This document shows positions 9,781 through 16,821 of a stretch of DNA of 24,000 bases, piece by piece. The stretch spans positions 86,505 through 110,504 of the forward strand of contig JAEWMX010000015.1 in assembly GCA_023393065.1 (NCBI GenBank), in the 5' to 3' direction. The translations under genes and the position numbers were made by a program. Numbering within the stretch: position 1 is the first letter of the stretch; the number at the start of each line of letters is the position of its first letter. This stretch comes from Bacillota bacterium. Lineage in GTDB: Bacteria; Bacillota_I; Bacilli_A; RFN20; CAG-826. The notes under the pieces were generated by a model. That model saw only the letters and a program-made list of their open reading frames with translations. It made no database searches and had not been told where the DNA came from.

Positions 9781-10636
9781 GTTTTAATACGACGCGATTA
9801 GTTGTTTCTAACGGCGTCGAGGCCCCCGAAACAACAGCGACTGTATTGATGCCCTCAAGCTCTTTTTTGTCAATTTCTCGCTCGTTTAGAATACGAATAA
9901 CACGAGCGTGAGGAAGTCTTTTACGTGCCATCTCAGCAAGCGATGCGGTGTTGCTGCTGTTGTCACCGCCGATGATGTAGACGAGTTCAGTATTTACATC
10001 TAGATCAAGCACGGCTTTTTGCCTCATGCGCGTAGCGTTGCAAATTTCGTCGGCGATGCGGGCAGCAGGCATTTTATGCATGATTAAATCGTGGATATTA
10101 GCCAACTCAATCTGCGAGAGCGTCGTCTGGTTTATCACCAAAGGTGATTTATCAGCAATTTTCAGCAGCAAAAAGTCTTTTTCATCCTCGATTAAGAAGA
10201 CATCGTCGCCAAGCGATGCGGCGGCATTGGCTTCCGGGTGATTCTTTTTGCCGATATAGATGACTTGATGCCCGTTTTTAAGTTCGTTGAGAATGATGCG
10301 GTGATTAGTCGTGACCATCGGGCATGTCGCATCATAAACGATCATCTCCTTGCGTTTTGCAATGTCATCTAAAGACACTTCGTGGCCGTGGGCCGTAAAG
10401 ATGACGACGGAGCGATTCGGCAATTCCTCGAGCAGCTGAGCGGGTCTTTTTTGGATGTCGCGGACAGTGGTGATGCCAAGATCTTCTAATTCCTGAATGA
10501 CATCTTCGTTGTGGACGATGCTACCCAAGACGAAAACGGGGCAATCGCGATGGCGGCTTCGCACTTCTTTGGCGAGGTTGATCGCGCGGATGACTCCCGA
10601 GCAGTAACCATGGGGTCGAGCGACGAAAACATTCAT
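9764..10636 (-). CDS. ispH: 4-hydroxy-3-methylbut-2-enyl diphosphate reductase (MEP pathway)
   Basis: ARPHGYCSGVIRAINLA; VFTAHGHE; YDATCPMV; three conserved Fe-S Cys contexts; VSGASTP near the C-terminus. Confidence 0.95.
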   Translation of the reverse strand: MNVFVARPHGYCSGVIRAINLAKEVRSRHRDCPVFVLGSIVHNEDVIQELEDLGITTVRDIQKRPAQLLEELPNRSVVIFTAHGHEVSLDDIAKRKEMIVYDATCPMVTTNHRIILNELKNGHQVIYIGKKNHPEANAAASLGDDVFLIEDEKDFLLLKIADKSPLVINQTTLSQIELANIHDLIMHKMPAARIADEICNATRMRQKAVLDLDVNTELVYIIGGDNSSNTASLAEMARKRLPHARVIRILNEREIDKKELEGINTVAVVSGASTPLETTNRVVLKLNLLK

Positions 10637-10670
10637 GTGTTTATCATAGCATAGGCAACTTTATTCCGTG

Positions 10671-10676
10671 TATAAT
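10671..10676 (+). promoter_or_regulatory. Candidate -10 box TATAAT upstream of the DEAD-box helicase gene
   Basis: Perfect TATAAT at 10671-10676 followed by SD aaggag at 10681 and ATG at 10692. No convincing -35 found. Confidence 0.35.
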
Positions 10677-10691
10677 TATCAAGGAGCAAAA

Positions 10692-12050
10692 ATGAGCTTT
10701 AAATCTTTTAATTTAAGTCCACAAATGATCGATTGTCTTGCTCGCCAAGACTATCTTTCACCGAGTTCGATTCAGACCCGTGTCATTCCCAAAGCTCTCC
10801 GAGGCGGCAATATCGTCGCCCAGAGCGAGACGGGAAGTGGCAAGACCCATGCGTTTTTGATCCCGATTATTGAAAATCTCCAATTAGATAAGAATTTGAC
10901 GCAGGCAATAATCATCGCTCCGACGCGCGAATTAGCCAAGCAAATCTATTCCTTTGCCGAACCCTTTAAAAAAGATTACCCGCGCCTTCATCTTCGCCTT
11001 TTTGTGGCTGGTCAAGAAAAGGAGCGGACTTTTCGCGAAGGAATGCTCGTCCCTCACATCATCATTGGCACTCCGACGCGTTTAAAAGCGATGCTCATCA
11101 ACAAGACATCACTTGATATCAGCAATGTCAAAACTTTAGTTTTGGATGAAGCCGATATGCTGATGGAGATGGGATATTTTGCCGAGATTGACATTTTTTA
11201 TCGAGCTTTGAAAATGACACCCCAAGTGCTGGTTTTTTCGGCGACGATGGAATTCAATTTGCGCAAGCGCTTGGAAAAGTATGTCGGCGCTGATTTCGTC
11301 ATTGAAATGGATGATGTTAAAACGGCGCGAACCGTCTCTCATTATGCCGTTGATGTCAAACATGGCGATCGCCTCCATGCCGTCGAGCTCTTCATAAAAA
11401 CGTTTAATCCATATCTCCTCATCGTCTTCGCCAGCCGAAAGGAACAAGTCGCTGCCATCAGCGCCTTTCTTACGAGCGCCGGTCACGACAATATCATGCT
11501 CCACGGCGACATGGGTGCTCGCGAACGCAAGAGCGCCTATAAGTTAATCGCCTTAAATAAGCAGCGCATAATCGTGGCAAGCGACCTCGCCGCACGCGGT
11601 CTCGACATCAAAGATGTCACTGAGGTTTTAAACTACGATTTACCAAACGACTTGACTTACTATTTTCATCGCGCGGGTAGAACCGGGCGTTTTGGCGCTG
11701 ATGGTAAGTGCTATTCCTTTTACAATGCCGACTCGAGCAAACAGATTGAGATGCTCATCGCTCAAGGAGTGTCTTTCTCTTATTTAGAACTCAAAAATGA
11801 TACAATTTTATCAACTGATAAATTAGCTCGCCGCAATAAGATAAAAAAGAAGATTGACCCCGAGCTTGAACGGCAGATTAAACACGCGACCGCGAAAGCA
11901 AAATCAGATGTCGTAAAACCCGGTTACAAGCAGAAAGTTCGGGATGCCGTCGCCAAGGTCAAGCGCAAGCACAAGCGCGAAATTATTCGCAAGGATATTC
12001 GCCGCCAGCGCGTCGAGCGATATCGAAAGGAAGGTAGCAAAAATGAGTAA
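10692..12050 (+). CDS. cshB: DEAD-box ATP-dependent RNA helicase, CshB-like
   Basis: Motifs AQSETGSGKTHAF (I), PTRELAKQI (Ia), DEAD, SAT (III), HRAGRTGR (VI); basic C-terminal tail. Upstream of nfo as for cshB in B. subtilis. Start trimmed from 10668 to 10692, after SD aaggag. Confidence 0.92.
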   Translation: MSFKSFNLSPQMIDCLARQDYLSPSSIQTRVIPKALRGGNIVAQSETGSGKTHAFLIPIIENLQLDKNLTQAIIIAPTRELAKQIYSFAEPFKKDYPRLHLRLFVAGQEKERTFREGMLVPHIIIGTPTRLKAMLINKTSLDISNVKTLVLDEADMLMEMGYFAEIDIFYRALKMTPQVLVFSATMEFNLRKRLEKYVGADFVIEMDDVKTARTVSHYAVDVKHGDRLHAVELFIKTFNPYLLIVFASRKEQVAAISAFLTSAGHDNIMLHGDMGARERKSAYKLIALNKQRIIVASDLAARGLDIKDVTEVLNYDLPNDLTYYFHRAGRTGRFGADGKCYSFYNADSSKQIEMLIAQGVSFSYLELKNDTILSTDKLARRNKIKKKIDPELERQIKHATAKAKSDVVKPGYKQKVRDAVAKVKRKHKREIIRKDIRRQRVERYRKEGSKNE

Positions 12051-12924
12051 ACTTTATCTTGGATCTCATGTCTCGATGTCGGGACCTGAATACTATTTAG
12101 GAAGCGTTAAGGAGGCTCTCTCCTATGGTGCAAATACTTTTATGTTCTATACCGGCGCCCCGCAAAATTCATATCGCAAGCCACTTGGCGAACTGCGCAT
12201 CGAAGAAGGTCGCAAAGCGATTGCCGAAGCCGGCATCGACGAGAGCAAAATCATTGTCCACGCGCCATATATTATCAACATCGGTAATAATACCAATCCT
12301 GCCGTATATGATTCCTCGAAGAAGTTCTTAATTGAGGAATTGCGTCGCGTCGCCGCCTTTGGGCCGCGCATTTTGGTCCTCCATCCAGGAAGCCATGTCG
12401 GCATCGGCGTCGAAGGCGGCTTGTCTTCTGTCGTCCAAGCTCTTGACGAAGTTTTTGCACAAGATGGAACAGATGTCAAAATCGCCCTTGAGACGATGGC
12501 GGGTAAAGGCTCTGAAGTCGGCGCTACCTTCGAAGAGATTAACTACTTGTTGACGCATAGCCGCCATCCCGAAAGGTTGGGTGTCTGCCTCGATACATGT
12601 CACATCAACGATGCCGGAATTAACGTCCACGAAGTGGATGAGGTCTTAAATACTTTTGATCGGGTTATCGGCTTAAGTAAGTTGCTCTGCCTCCATATTA
12701 ACGACTCGAAAAATGTCATGGGCGCACACAAGGACCGCCACGCCAATATCGGTTATGGCGAAATCGGCTTTGCGACGATTCACGCCTACATTAAACATCC
12801 GCGTTTAGAAAACATTCCCAAGATTTTAGAAACTCCTTACATAAATGAAAAAGCCCCCTATCAAAAAGAGATCGCTATGCTTCGCACCGGTGTCTTTGAA
12901 GAAGGCTGGATCGAAAAGTTTTAG
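12043..12924 (+). CDS. nfo: Deoxyribonuclease IV (endonuclease IV, AP endonuclease)
   Basis: GSHVSMSG, HAPYIINIGN, LHPGSHVG, LETMAGKGSEVG, CLDTCHINDAG, HINDSKNVMGAHKDRHANIG. Start trimmed from 11944 to ATG 12043. Confidence 0.97.
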   Translation: MSKLYLGSHVSMSGPEYYLGSVKEALSYGANTFMFYTGAPQNSYRKPLGELRIEEGRKAIAEAGIDESKIIVHAPYIINIGNNTNPAVYDSSKKFLIEELRRVAAFGPRILVLHPGSHVGIGVEGGLSSVVQALDEVFAQDGTDVKIALETMAGKGSEVGATFEEINYLLTHSRHPERLGVCLDTCHINDAGINVHEVDEVLNTFDRVIGLSKLLCLHINDSKNVMGAHKDRHANIGYGEIGFATIHAYIKHPRLENIPKILETPYINEKAPYQKEIAMLRTGVFEEGWIEKF

Positions 12925-12938
12925 ATAAATCGATGAAG

Positions 12939-12966
12939 AAAAAGGACATTACTTAATGTCATTTTT
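12939..12966. terminator. Bidirectional intrinsic terminator between convergent nfo and ispG
   Basis: AAAAAG-GACATT-ACTT-AATGTC-A-TTTTT: a 6-bp perfect stem flanked by A-tract and T-tract, functional in either orientation. The ispG stop codon lies within it. Confidence 0.65.
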
Positions 12967-14007
12967 AATTTCCTCGATTAAAGCTTCAAAGGCTTCGCTT
13001 TCAACGACGGTTTTGATTGTCTTGCCCCTCTTAAACAAAACCCACATCCCGTTGCCGCCCGCCATGCCGTAATCGGCATCTCGCGCTTCACCTGGTCCAT
13101 TGACGACACAGCCCATGACCGCGACTTTCAAATTAAGTCTGTGCTCTTCAAGATAGGCGAGGACGCGCTTGGCCATCGGCACGACATCGACTTGGGTGCG
13201 GCCGCATGTCGGACATGAGATAATCGTCGGATAATTTTCGTATAAGTTGAGGTCGTGAAGCAACCGTTTAGCCGCCAATATCTCTTCTTCTGGCTCATCG
13301 CTTAAGGAAATGCGAAGCGTATCGCCGATTCCTTCGAGTAAGAGGGGGGCTAAACCGGCGGCGCTGCGAATTAGACCGATATCTTTGGGTCCAGCTTCGG
13401 TAATCCCCAGGTGAAGAGGATATGGAAAGACTTCGCTGGCTTTACGATAAGCTTCGATTGTCTCGATGGCATTTGAACCCTTTAATGATATCACGATATC
13501 ATAAAATTCATATTTTTCTAAGATAGCGACATGCTTCTGAGCCGAGGCAATCAATTTTTCGGGACGGGTTAGAACATCGCTTGATGCTATTTCCCTATCA
13601 AGTGATCCGGCATTGACGCCGATGCGAATGGGTATGTGATGGATTTTGCAGGCTTCAACGACAGCTTTGATTTTTTCTTCAGAGCCGATATTGCCGGGAT
13701 TGATGCGTATCTTATCGATGCCATTAGCGATGGCTAATAGTGCGAGTCGGTGGTCAAAATGAATGTCGGCGACGAGAGGGATTAGAATTCGCTTTTTAAT
13801 CGCGCTGATGGCTCTGGCGTCTTCTTCATCAAGAATTGATAAGCGCATAAAATCGGCGCCCAAAAGAGTTGCGCGGTTAATCTGGGCCACAACTTCGTCA
13901 ATTTTGCTTGTTTTTATGCTGCACATGGACTGAATTAAAACGCGGTTTTGCCCGCCGATGGACAATGGTCCAATTCGTATTTTTCTCGTTAATTCTCGCG
14001 GCAACAT
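12949..14007 (-). CDS. ispG: 4-hydroxy-3-methylbut-2-en-1-yl diphosphate synthase (MEP pathway)
   Basis: PLVADIHFDHRLAL, KIRINPGNIG, ISCPTCGRTQVD, VAVMGCVVNGPGEARDADYG. Confidence 0.97.
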   Translation of the reverse strand: MLPRELTRKIRIGPLSIGGQNRVLIQSMCSIKTSKIDEVVAQINRATLLGADFMRLSILDEEDARAISAIKKRILIPLVADIHFDHRLALLAIANGIDKIRINPGNIGSEEKIKAVVEACKIHHIPIRIGVNAGSLDREIASSDVLTRPEKLIASAQKHVAILEKYEFYDIVISLKGSNAIETIEAYRKASEVFPYPLHLGITEAGPKDIGLIRSAAGLAPLLLEGIGDTLRISLSDEPEEEILAAKRLLHDLNLYENYPTIISCPTCGRTQVDVVPMAKRVLAYLEEHRLNLKVAVMGCVVNGPGEARDADYGMAGGNGMWVLFKRGKTIKTVVESEAFEALIEEIKNDIK

Positions 14008-14064
14008 AATTACTTATATAATTATATCACTCGATAACTTAGTGTAGATATCTTTATTTATATG

Positions 14065-14073
14065 TGCTACTAT
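14065..14073 (+). promoter_or_regulatory. Candidate extended -10 (TGcTACTAT) for rpmG
   Basis: TGnTAnnAT pattern at 14065-14073, followed by SD agaggtga and ATG 14105. Confidence 0.35.
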
Positions 14074-14104
14074 TTATGAGCAATTTAAAAAGAGGTGACG
14101 AAAA

Positions 14105-14254
14105 ATGCGTGACAACATTATCCTAAAGTGTACCGTTTGCGGTGAAGAAAATTATATCGGTTCCAAAAACAAAAAAAATCATCCCGAGCGCCGTGAAATA
14201 AAAAAGTATTGCTCTAGATGCAATAAACAAACGATTCATAAGGAGAAAAAGTAA
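14105..14254 (+). CDS. rpmG: 50S ribosomal protein L33 (zinc-ribbon, four-Cys type), 49 aa; absent from the supplied ORF track
   Basis: Manual translation: [49 protein letters not shown]. CxxC...CxxC pattern and KNPER-like core; SD agaggtga upstream. Confidence 0.93.
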   Translation: MRDNIILKCTVCGEENYIGSKNKKNHPERREIKKYCSRCNKQTIHKEKK

Positions 14255-14274
14255 GGCTCAGGCCTTCTTTTTTT
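14253..14274 (+). terminator. Intrinsic terminator overlapping the rpmG stop codon
   Basis: AAGGC-TCAG-GCCTT-C-TTTTTTT: 5-bp stem followed by a 7-T tract. Confidence 0.6.
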
Positions 14275-14278
14275 GAGG

Positions 14279-14932
14279 ATGATCGTTACTCTTCTCAATG
14301 AATCCGACTACGTCAGCAACACGTATATTTTAAGCGATGATGGACGGGCGGTGGTCATCGATCCCGGCTATGGCGACTCACCATCGATAGCCGATTTTCT
14401 CGTCCGTCATGGTTTAAAACTCGAGGCCGTCCTGCTAACCCATGGTCATTTCGATCACATCCGTGGTCTGCCTTTTCTTTTAAAAGCCTTCCCAAACACC
14501 CCGGTGTACATGCACGAGTTGGAGACTGATTTTCTAAATGATCCTCGTCTGAATTGCTCCCATCTCGATGGCGATATCGCGCCGGTAAAGCTTGATTTAG
14601 AGGCCCGAGGGCTAAATGATAAAGATGTCGTCAATCTTTTAAAAAAAGATTTCTATGTAATTCACACTCCGTTTCACACGCAAGGCAGCGCGTGCTACTA
14701 CATCCCTGAAGAAAGGATGGTTTTTACCGGAGACACCTTATTTCGCGGTGCGATTGGCAGGAGCGATCTGCCGACTGGCTCGCCGCGAAGCATCATTCAA
14801 AGCCTTGCCAAAATAAAGGCTCTGCCTCCCGACACAAAGGTCTATCCAGGGCACGAAAAAAGCACGACCATCGAAAGAGAATTAAAATTTAATACCTACT
14901 TACGAAAAGAATACATACCCAATAATAATTAA
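14279..14932 (+). CDS. Metallo-beta-lactamase fold hydrolase (glyoxalase II-like)
   Basis: LTHGHFDHIRG metal motif, FTGDTLF, YPGHEKSTT. Start placed at ATG 14279 (MIVTLLNESDYVSNTYIL) rather than the TTG at 14273, which lies in the terminator T-tract. Confidence 0.88.
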   Translation: MIVTLLNESDYVSNTYILSDDGRAVVIDPGYGDSPSIADFLVRHGLKLEAVLLTHGHFDHIRGLPFLLKAFPNTPVYMHELETDFLNDPRLNCSHLDGDIAPVKLDLEARGLNDKDVVNLLKKDFYVIHTPFHTQGSACYYIPEERMVFTGDTLFRGAIGRSDLPTGSPRSIIQSLAKIKALPPDTKVYPGHEKSTTIERELKFNTYLRKEYIPNNN

Positions 14933-14934
14933 CT

Positions 14935-14949
14935 TTGTTATAATAACAA
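14935..14949 (+). promoter_or_regulatory. Candidate efp promoter: extended -10 TGTTATAAT inside a perfect 15-nt palindrome
   Basis: TTGTTATAATAACAA at 14935-14949, upstream of SD aaaggaggt and ATG 14971. Confidence 0.45.
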
Positions 14950-14970
14950 ACGGCAAAAGGAGGTAGCAAG

Positions 14971-15528
14971 ATGATCAATGTAACAGAACTCAGACCGGGA
15001 AACCACTTTCTAGATGAAGGCATTTTGTACTCGGTTCTTGATATTTTGCTTAATAAGACAGCGATGAGAAAGATGGTGGCGAAAGTCAAAGTAAAAAATC
15101 TCCGCACCGGCGCGATTCTCGAAATCTCCCGCAACAGCGGATATATGGTCGAACCAGTGAGGCTCGACAAGAAAAAAATGACATATCTCTATGATTCGGG
15201 CGATATGCTCGTCTTCATGGATCAGAGCACCTACGAGCAAATTGAACTAGCTAAAGCTAACATGGAATGGGAAAGAAATTTCCTCGTCAGCAATGCGGAA
15301 ATCGAAATCTTAGCTTACGATGACGAGATTCTCGGACTCTCTCTACCTGCGAAAGTCGCTCTGCAAATTGTTGAATGCGAACCAGCCGTCCGCGGCGACA
15401 CCGTCAACAAAGCGATGAAGGATGCGATTTTGGAAACCGGTCTCAAGCTCAGAGTGCCGCTCTTTGTCGAAAGCGGTGAAACGATTTTAGTCAGAACAGA
15501 TAACGGCCAATACGACGGTCGTGCATAA
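14971..15528 (+). CDS. efp: Translation elongation factor P, with noncanonical tip loop
   Basis: MINVTELRPG..., KNLRTGAI, YLYDSGDMLVFMD, LPAKVALQIVECEPAVRGDTVNKAMKDAILETGLKLRVPLFVESGETILVRTDNGQYDGRA. Confidence 0.95.
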   Translation: MINVTELRPGNHFLDEGILYSVLDILLNKTAMRKMVAKVKVKNLRTGAILEISRNSGYMVEPVRLDKKKMTYLYDSGDMLVFMDQSTYEQIELAKANMEWERNFLVSNAEIEILAYDDEILGLSLPAKVALQIVECEPAVRGDTVNKAMKDAILETGLKLRVPLFVESGETILVRTDNGQYDGRA

Positions 15529-15539
15529 GGAGAAAAGAA

Positions 15540-15755
15540 ATGGAAACATGGTCATGGATTTTACTTATCGTGCTCGCCCTGATCGGCGGTCTCGTCGGTG
15601 GTTTTTTTGGTTCGAGATGGCTCTTTAAACGCGAACTAGCCAAAAACCCGCCAATCAACGAAAATATGATTCGCGCAATGTTCCTGTCGATGGGTCGCAA
15701 ACCTAGCGAAGCACAGATTCGCGCAGTCATGAACAACATGAAAAACAGTCAGTAA
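15540..15755 (+). CDS. UPF0154 (YneF-like) single-pass membrane protein
   Basis: N-terminal TM helix, then GGFFGSRWLFKRELAKNPPINENMIRAMFLSMGRKPSEAQIRAVMNNMKN. SD aaggag directly upstream. Confidence 0.9.
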   Translation: METWSWILLIVLALIGGLVGGFFGSRWLFKRELAKNPPINENMIRAMFLSMGRKPSEAQIRAVMNNMKNSQ

Positions 15756-15781
15756 GCAACGAGCTTCTGACAACAAAAAAT

Positions 15782-15805
15782 GGCGCCTGAACGGGCGTCT
15801 TTTTT
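15782..15805 (+). terminator. Intrinsic terminator after the yneF-like gene
   Basis: GGCGCCT-GAAC-GGGCGTC-TTTTTT: 7-bp stem with G-U pairs, then 6 T. Confidence 0.75.
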
Positions 15806-15902
15806 ATATGTTACATGTTCTTTTGGACGATGTGAATGCGGTGGTAGAAGAACTGCCATCTTATTTGAAATGAATGATGGCAATTTACGAACAATGTCAA
15901 TC

Positions 15903-15929
15903 AAAAAAGACGATTTAATCGAACTTTTT
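15903..15929 (-). terminator. Weak candidate terminator for plsY (possibly bidirectional)
   Basis: AAAAAAG-a-CGA-TTTAA-TCG-aa-CTTTTT; read on the minus strand it ends in a T6 tract. The core stem is short and interrupted. Confidence 0.25.
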
Positions 15930-16004
15930 CAGTAATGATTTTTCTTGTTATATAATTATGCACACTCTCAATTTAGACTAAATAACTACTAAATATTAAC
16001 TATT

Positions 16005-16718
16005 TTATTTAATCCAACGAACCTTATTTTCTTCGTTGCGCGAGAGCCTTTTGATGTTTTCGTGATGTCGCAAAATAAGAATCGTCGTGATGATGAATAC
16101 CGCGACGAAATAGTCCCATCCGACCAAAAAGAGCGAACCATTTCCCCACATACCAAAATTAAAGAAACCGGGCACAAAATGGTCGGTGATAAACATCGTT
16201 AGAGCCGCTAAAGTAACAATTGAAGAGGCGATAATCGAGGAGAGAGACACGAACTTTTTATTTTTTAAGATGACGAAGAAAATGAGTCCGAAAAGCGAGA
16301 GAAACCAGCTTGTTGAAACGACCATTCCAGCAAGGGCGGAAACCGCCTTTCCTCCGCGGAAATTAGCGTAGAGCGGCCAGCAGTGTCCTATGGCTGCGCC
16401 GAGGGAAGCTAAATAGTAGTAGGCCATTCCATTTCGCCATAATAAGACGGCGTTGGCTAAACCTGTAAAATTGATCAGCGTATAAACAGACCAAATGGCG
16501 AGAACGGCCTTTGCGATGTCGACGATCATGACAGCTAAACCGGCTTTTTTGCCCCACAAGCGGCCAGCGTTTGTCCCACCGGCGTTTTTCGAACCAAATT
16601 CACGGGGATCCTGTTTAAAAAAGACTTTACCAATGACGATCGCAGTCGGAAAAGATCCGATTAAATAGCCAATAATTAATGAACCCAATCCAATCGCTAT
16701 ATTATAAATAATATCCAT
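16005..16718 (-). CDS. plsY: Acyl-phosphate:glycerol-3-phosphate acyltransferase PlsY
   Basis: IGYLIGSFPTAIVIGKVFFKQDPREFGSKNAGGTNAGRLWGKKAG; GAAIGHCWPLYANFRGGKAVS; multi-TM. Divergent from parE as in B. subtilis (yneS-parEC). Confidence 0.94.
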   Translation of the reverse strand: MDIIYNIAIGLGSLIIGYLIGSFPTAIVIGKVFFKQDPREFGSKNAGGTNAGRLWGKKAGLAVMIVDIAKAVLAIWSVYTLINFTGLANAVLLWRNGMAYYYLASLGAAIGHCWPLYANFRGGKAVSALAGMVVSTSWFLSLFGLIFFVILKNKKFVSLSSIIASSIVTLAALTMFITDHFVPGFFNFGMWGNGSLFLVGWDYFVAVFIITTILILRHHENIKRLSRNEENKVRWIK

Positions 16719-16745
16719 AAGTCCTCACGTGTTAAATGCCTATTT

Positions 16746-16773
16746 ATTATATAAAAGTATCATTACTTTTCAA
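16746..16773 (-). promoter_or_regulatory. Candidate plsY promoter: TTGAAA - 16 nt - TATAAT on the minus strand
   Basis: Minus-strand reading TTGAAAAGTAATGATACTTTTATATAAT, located upstream of the plsY SD-like GTGAGGA. Confidence 0.5.
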
Positions 16774-16781
16774 AACTTATT

Positions 16782-16790
16782 TGTTATAAT
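16782..16790 (+). promoter_or_regulatory. Candidate parE promoter: extended -10 TGTTATAAT
   Basis: TGtTATAAT at 16782-16790; ATG at 16822 preceded by gcgagga. Confidence 0.5.
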
Positions 16791-16821
16791 TACGAATTGA
16801 TTTAGAACACGCGAGGACAAG

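Larger units (their letters stand above)
16721..16818. repeat. Inverted repeat forming mirrored leaders of plsY and parE
   Basis: Left arm GTCCTCACGTGTTAAA (16721-16736). The right arm TTTAGAACACGCGAGGAC (16801-16818) reverse-complements to GTCCTCGCGTGTTCTAAA. Confidence 0.75.

Noticed and set aside
14273-14278. TTG start at 14273 for the MBL hydrolase, as given in the ORF track
   Set aside because: The TTG overlaps the T-tract of the rpmG terminator. ATG 14279 gives a family-like N-terminus, although neither has a normally spaced SD.
14889-15240. Minus-strand ORFs antisense to efp
   Set aside because: No coding signature; efp on the plus strand is clear, with SD and a full-length match.
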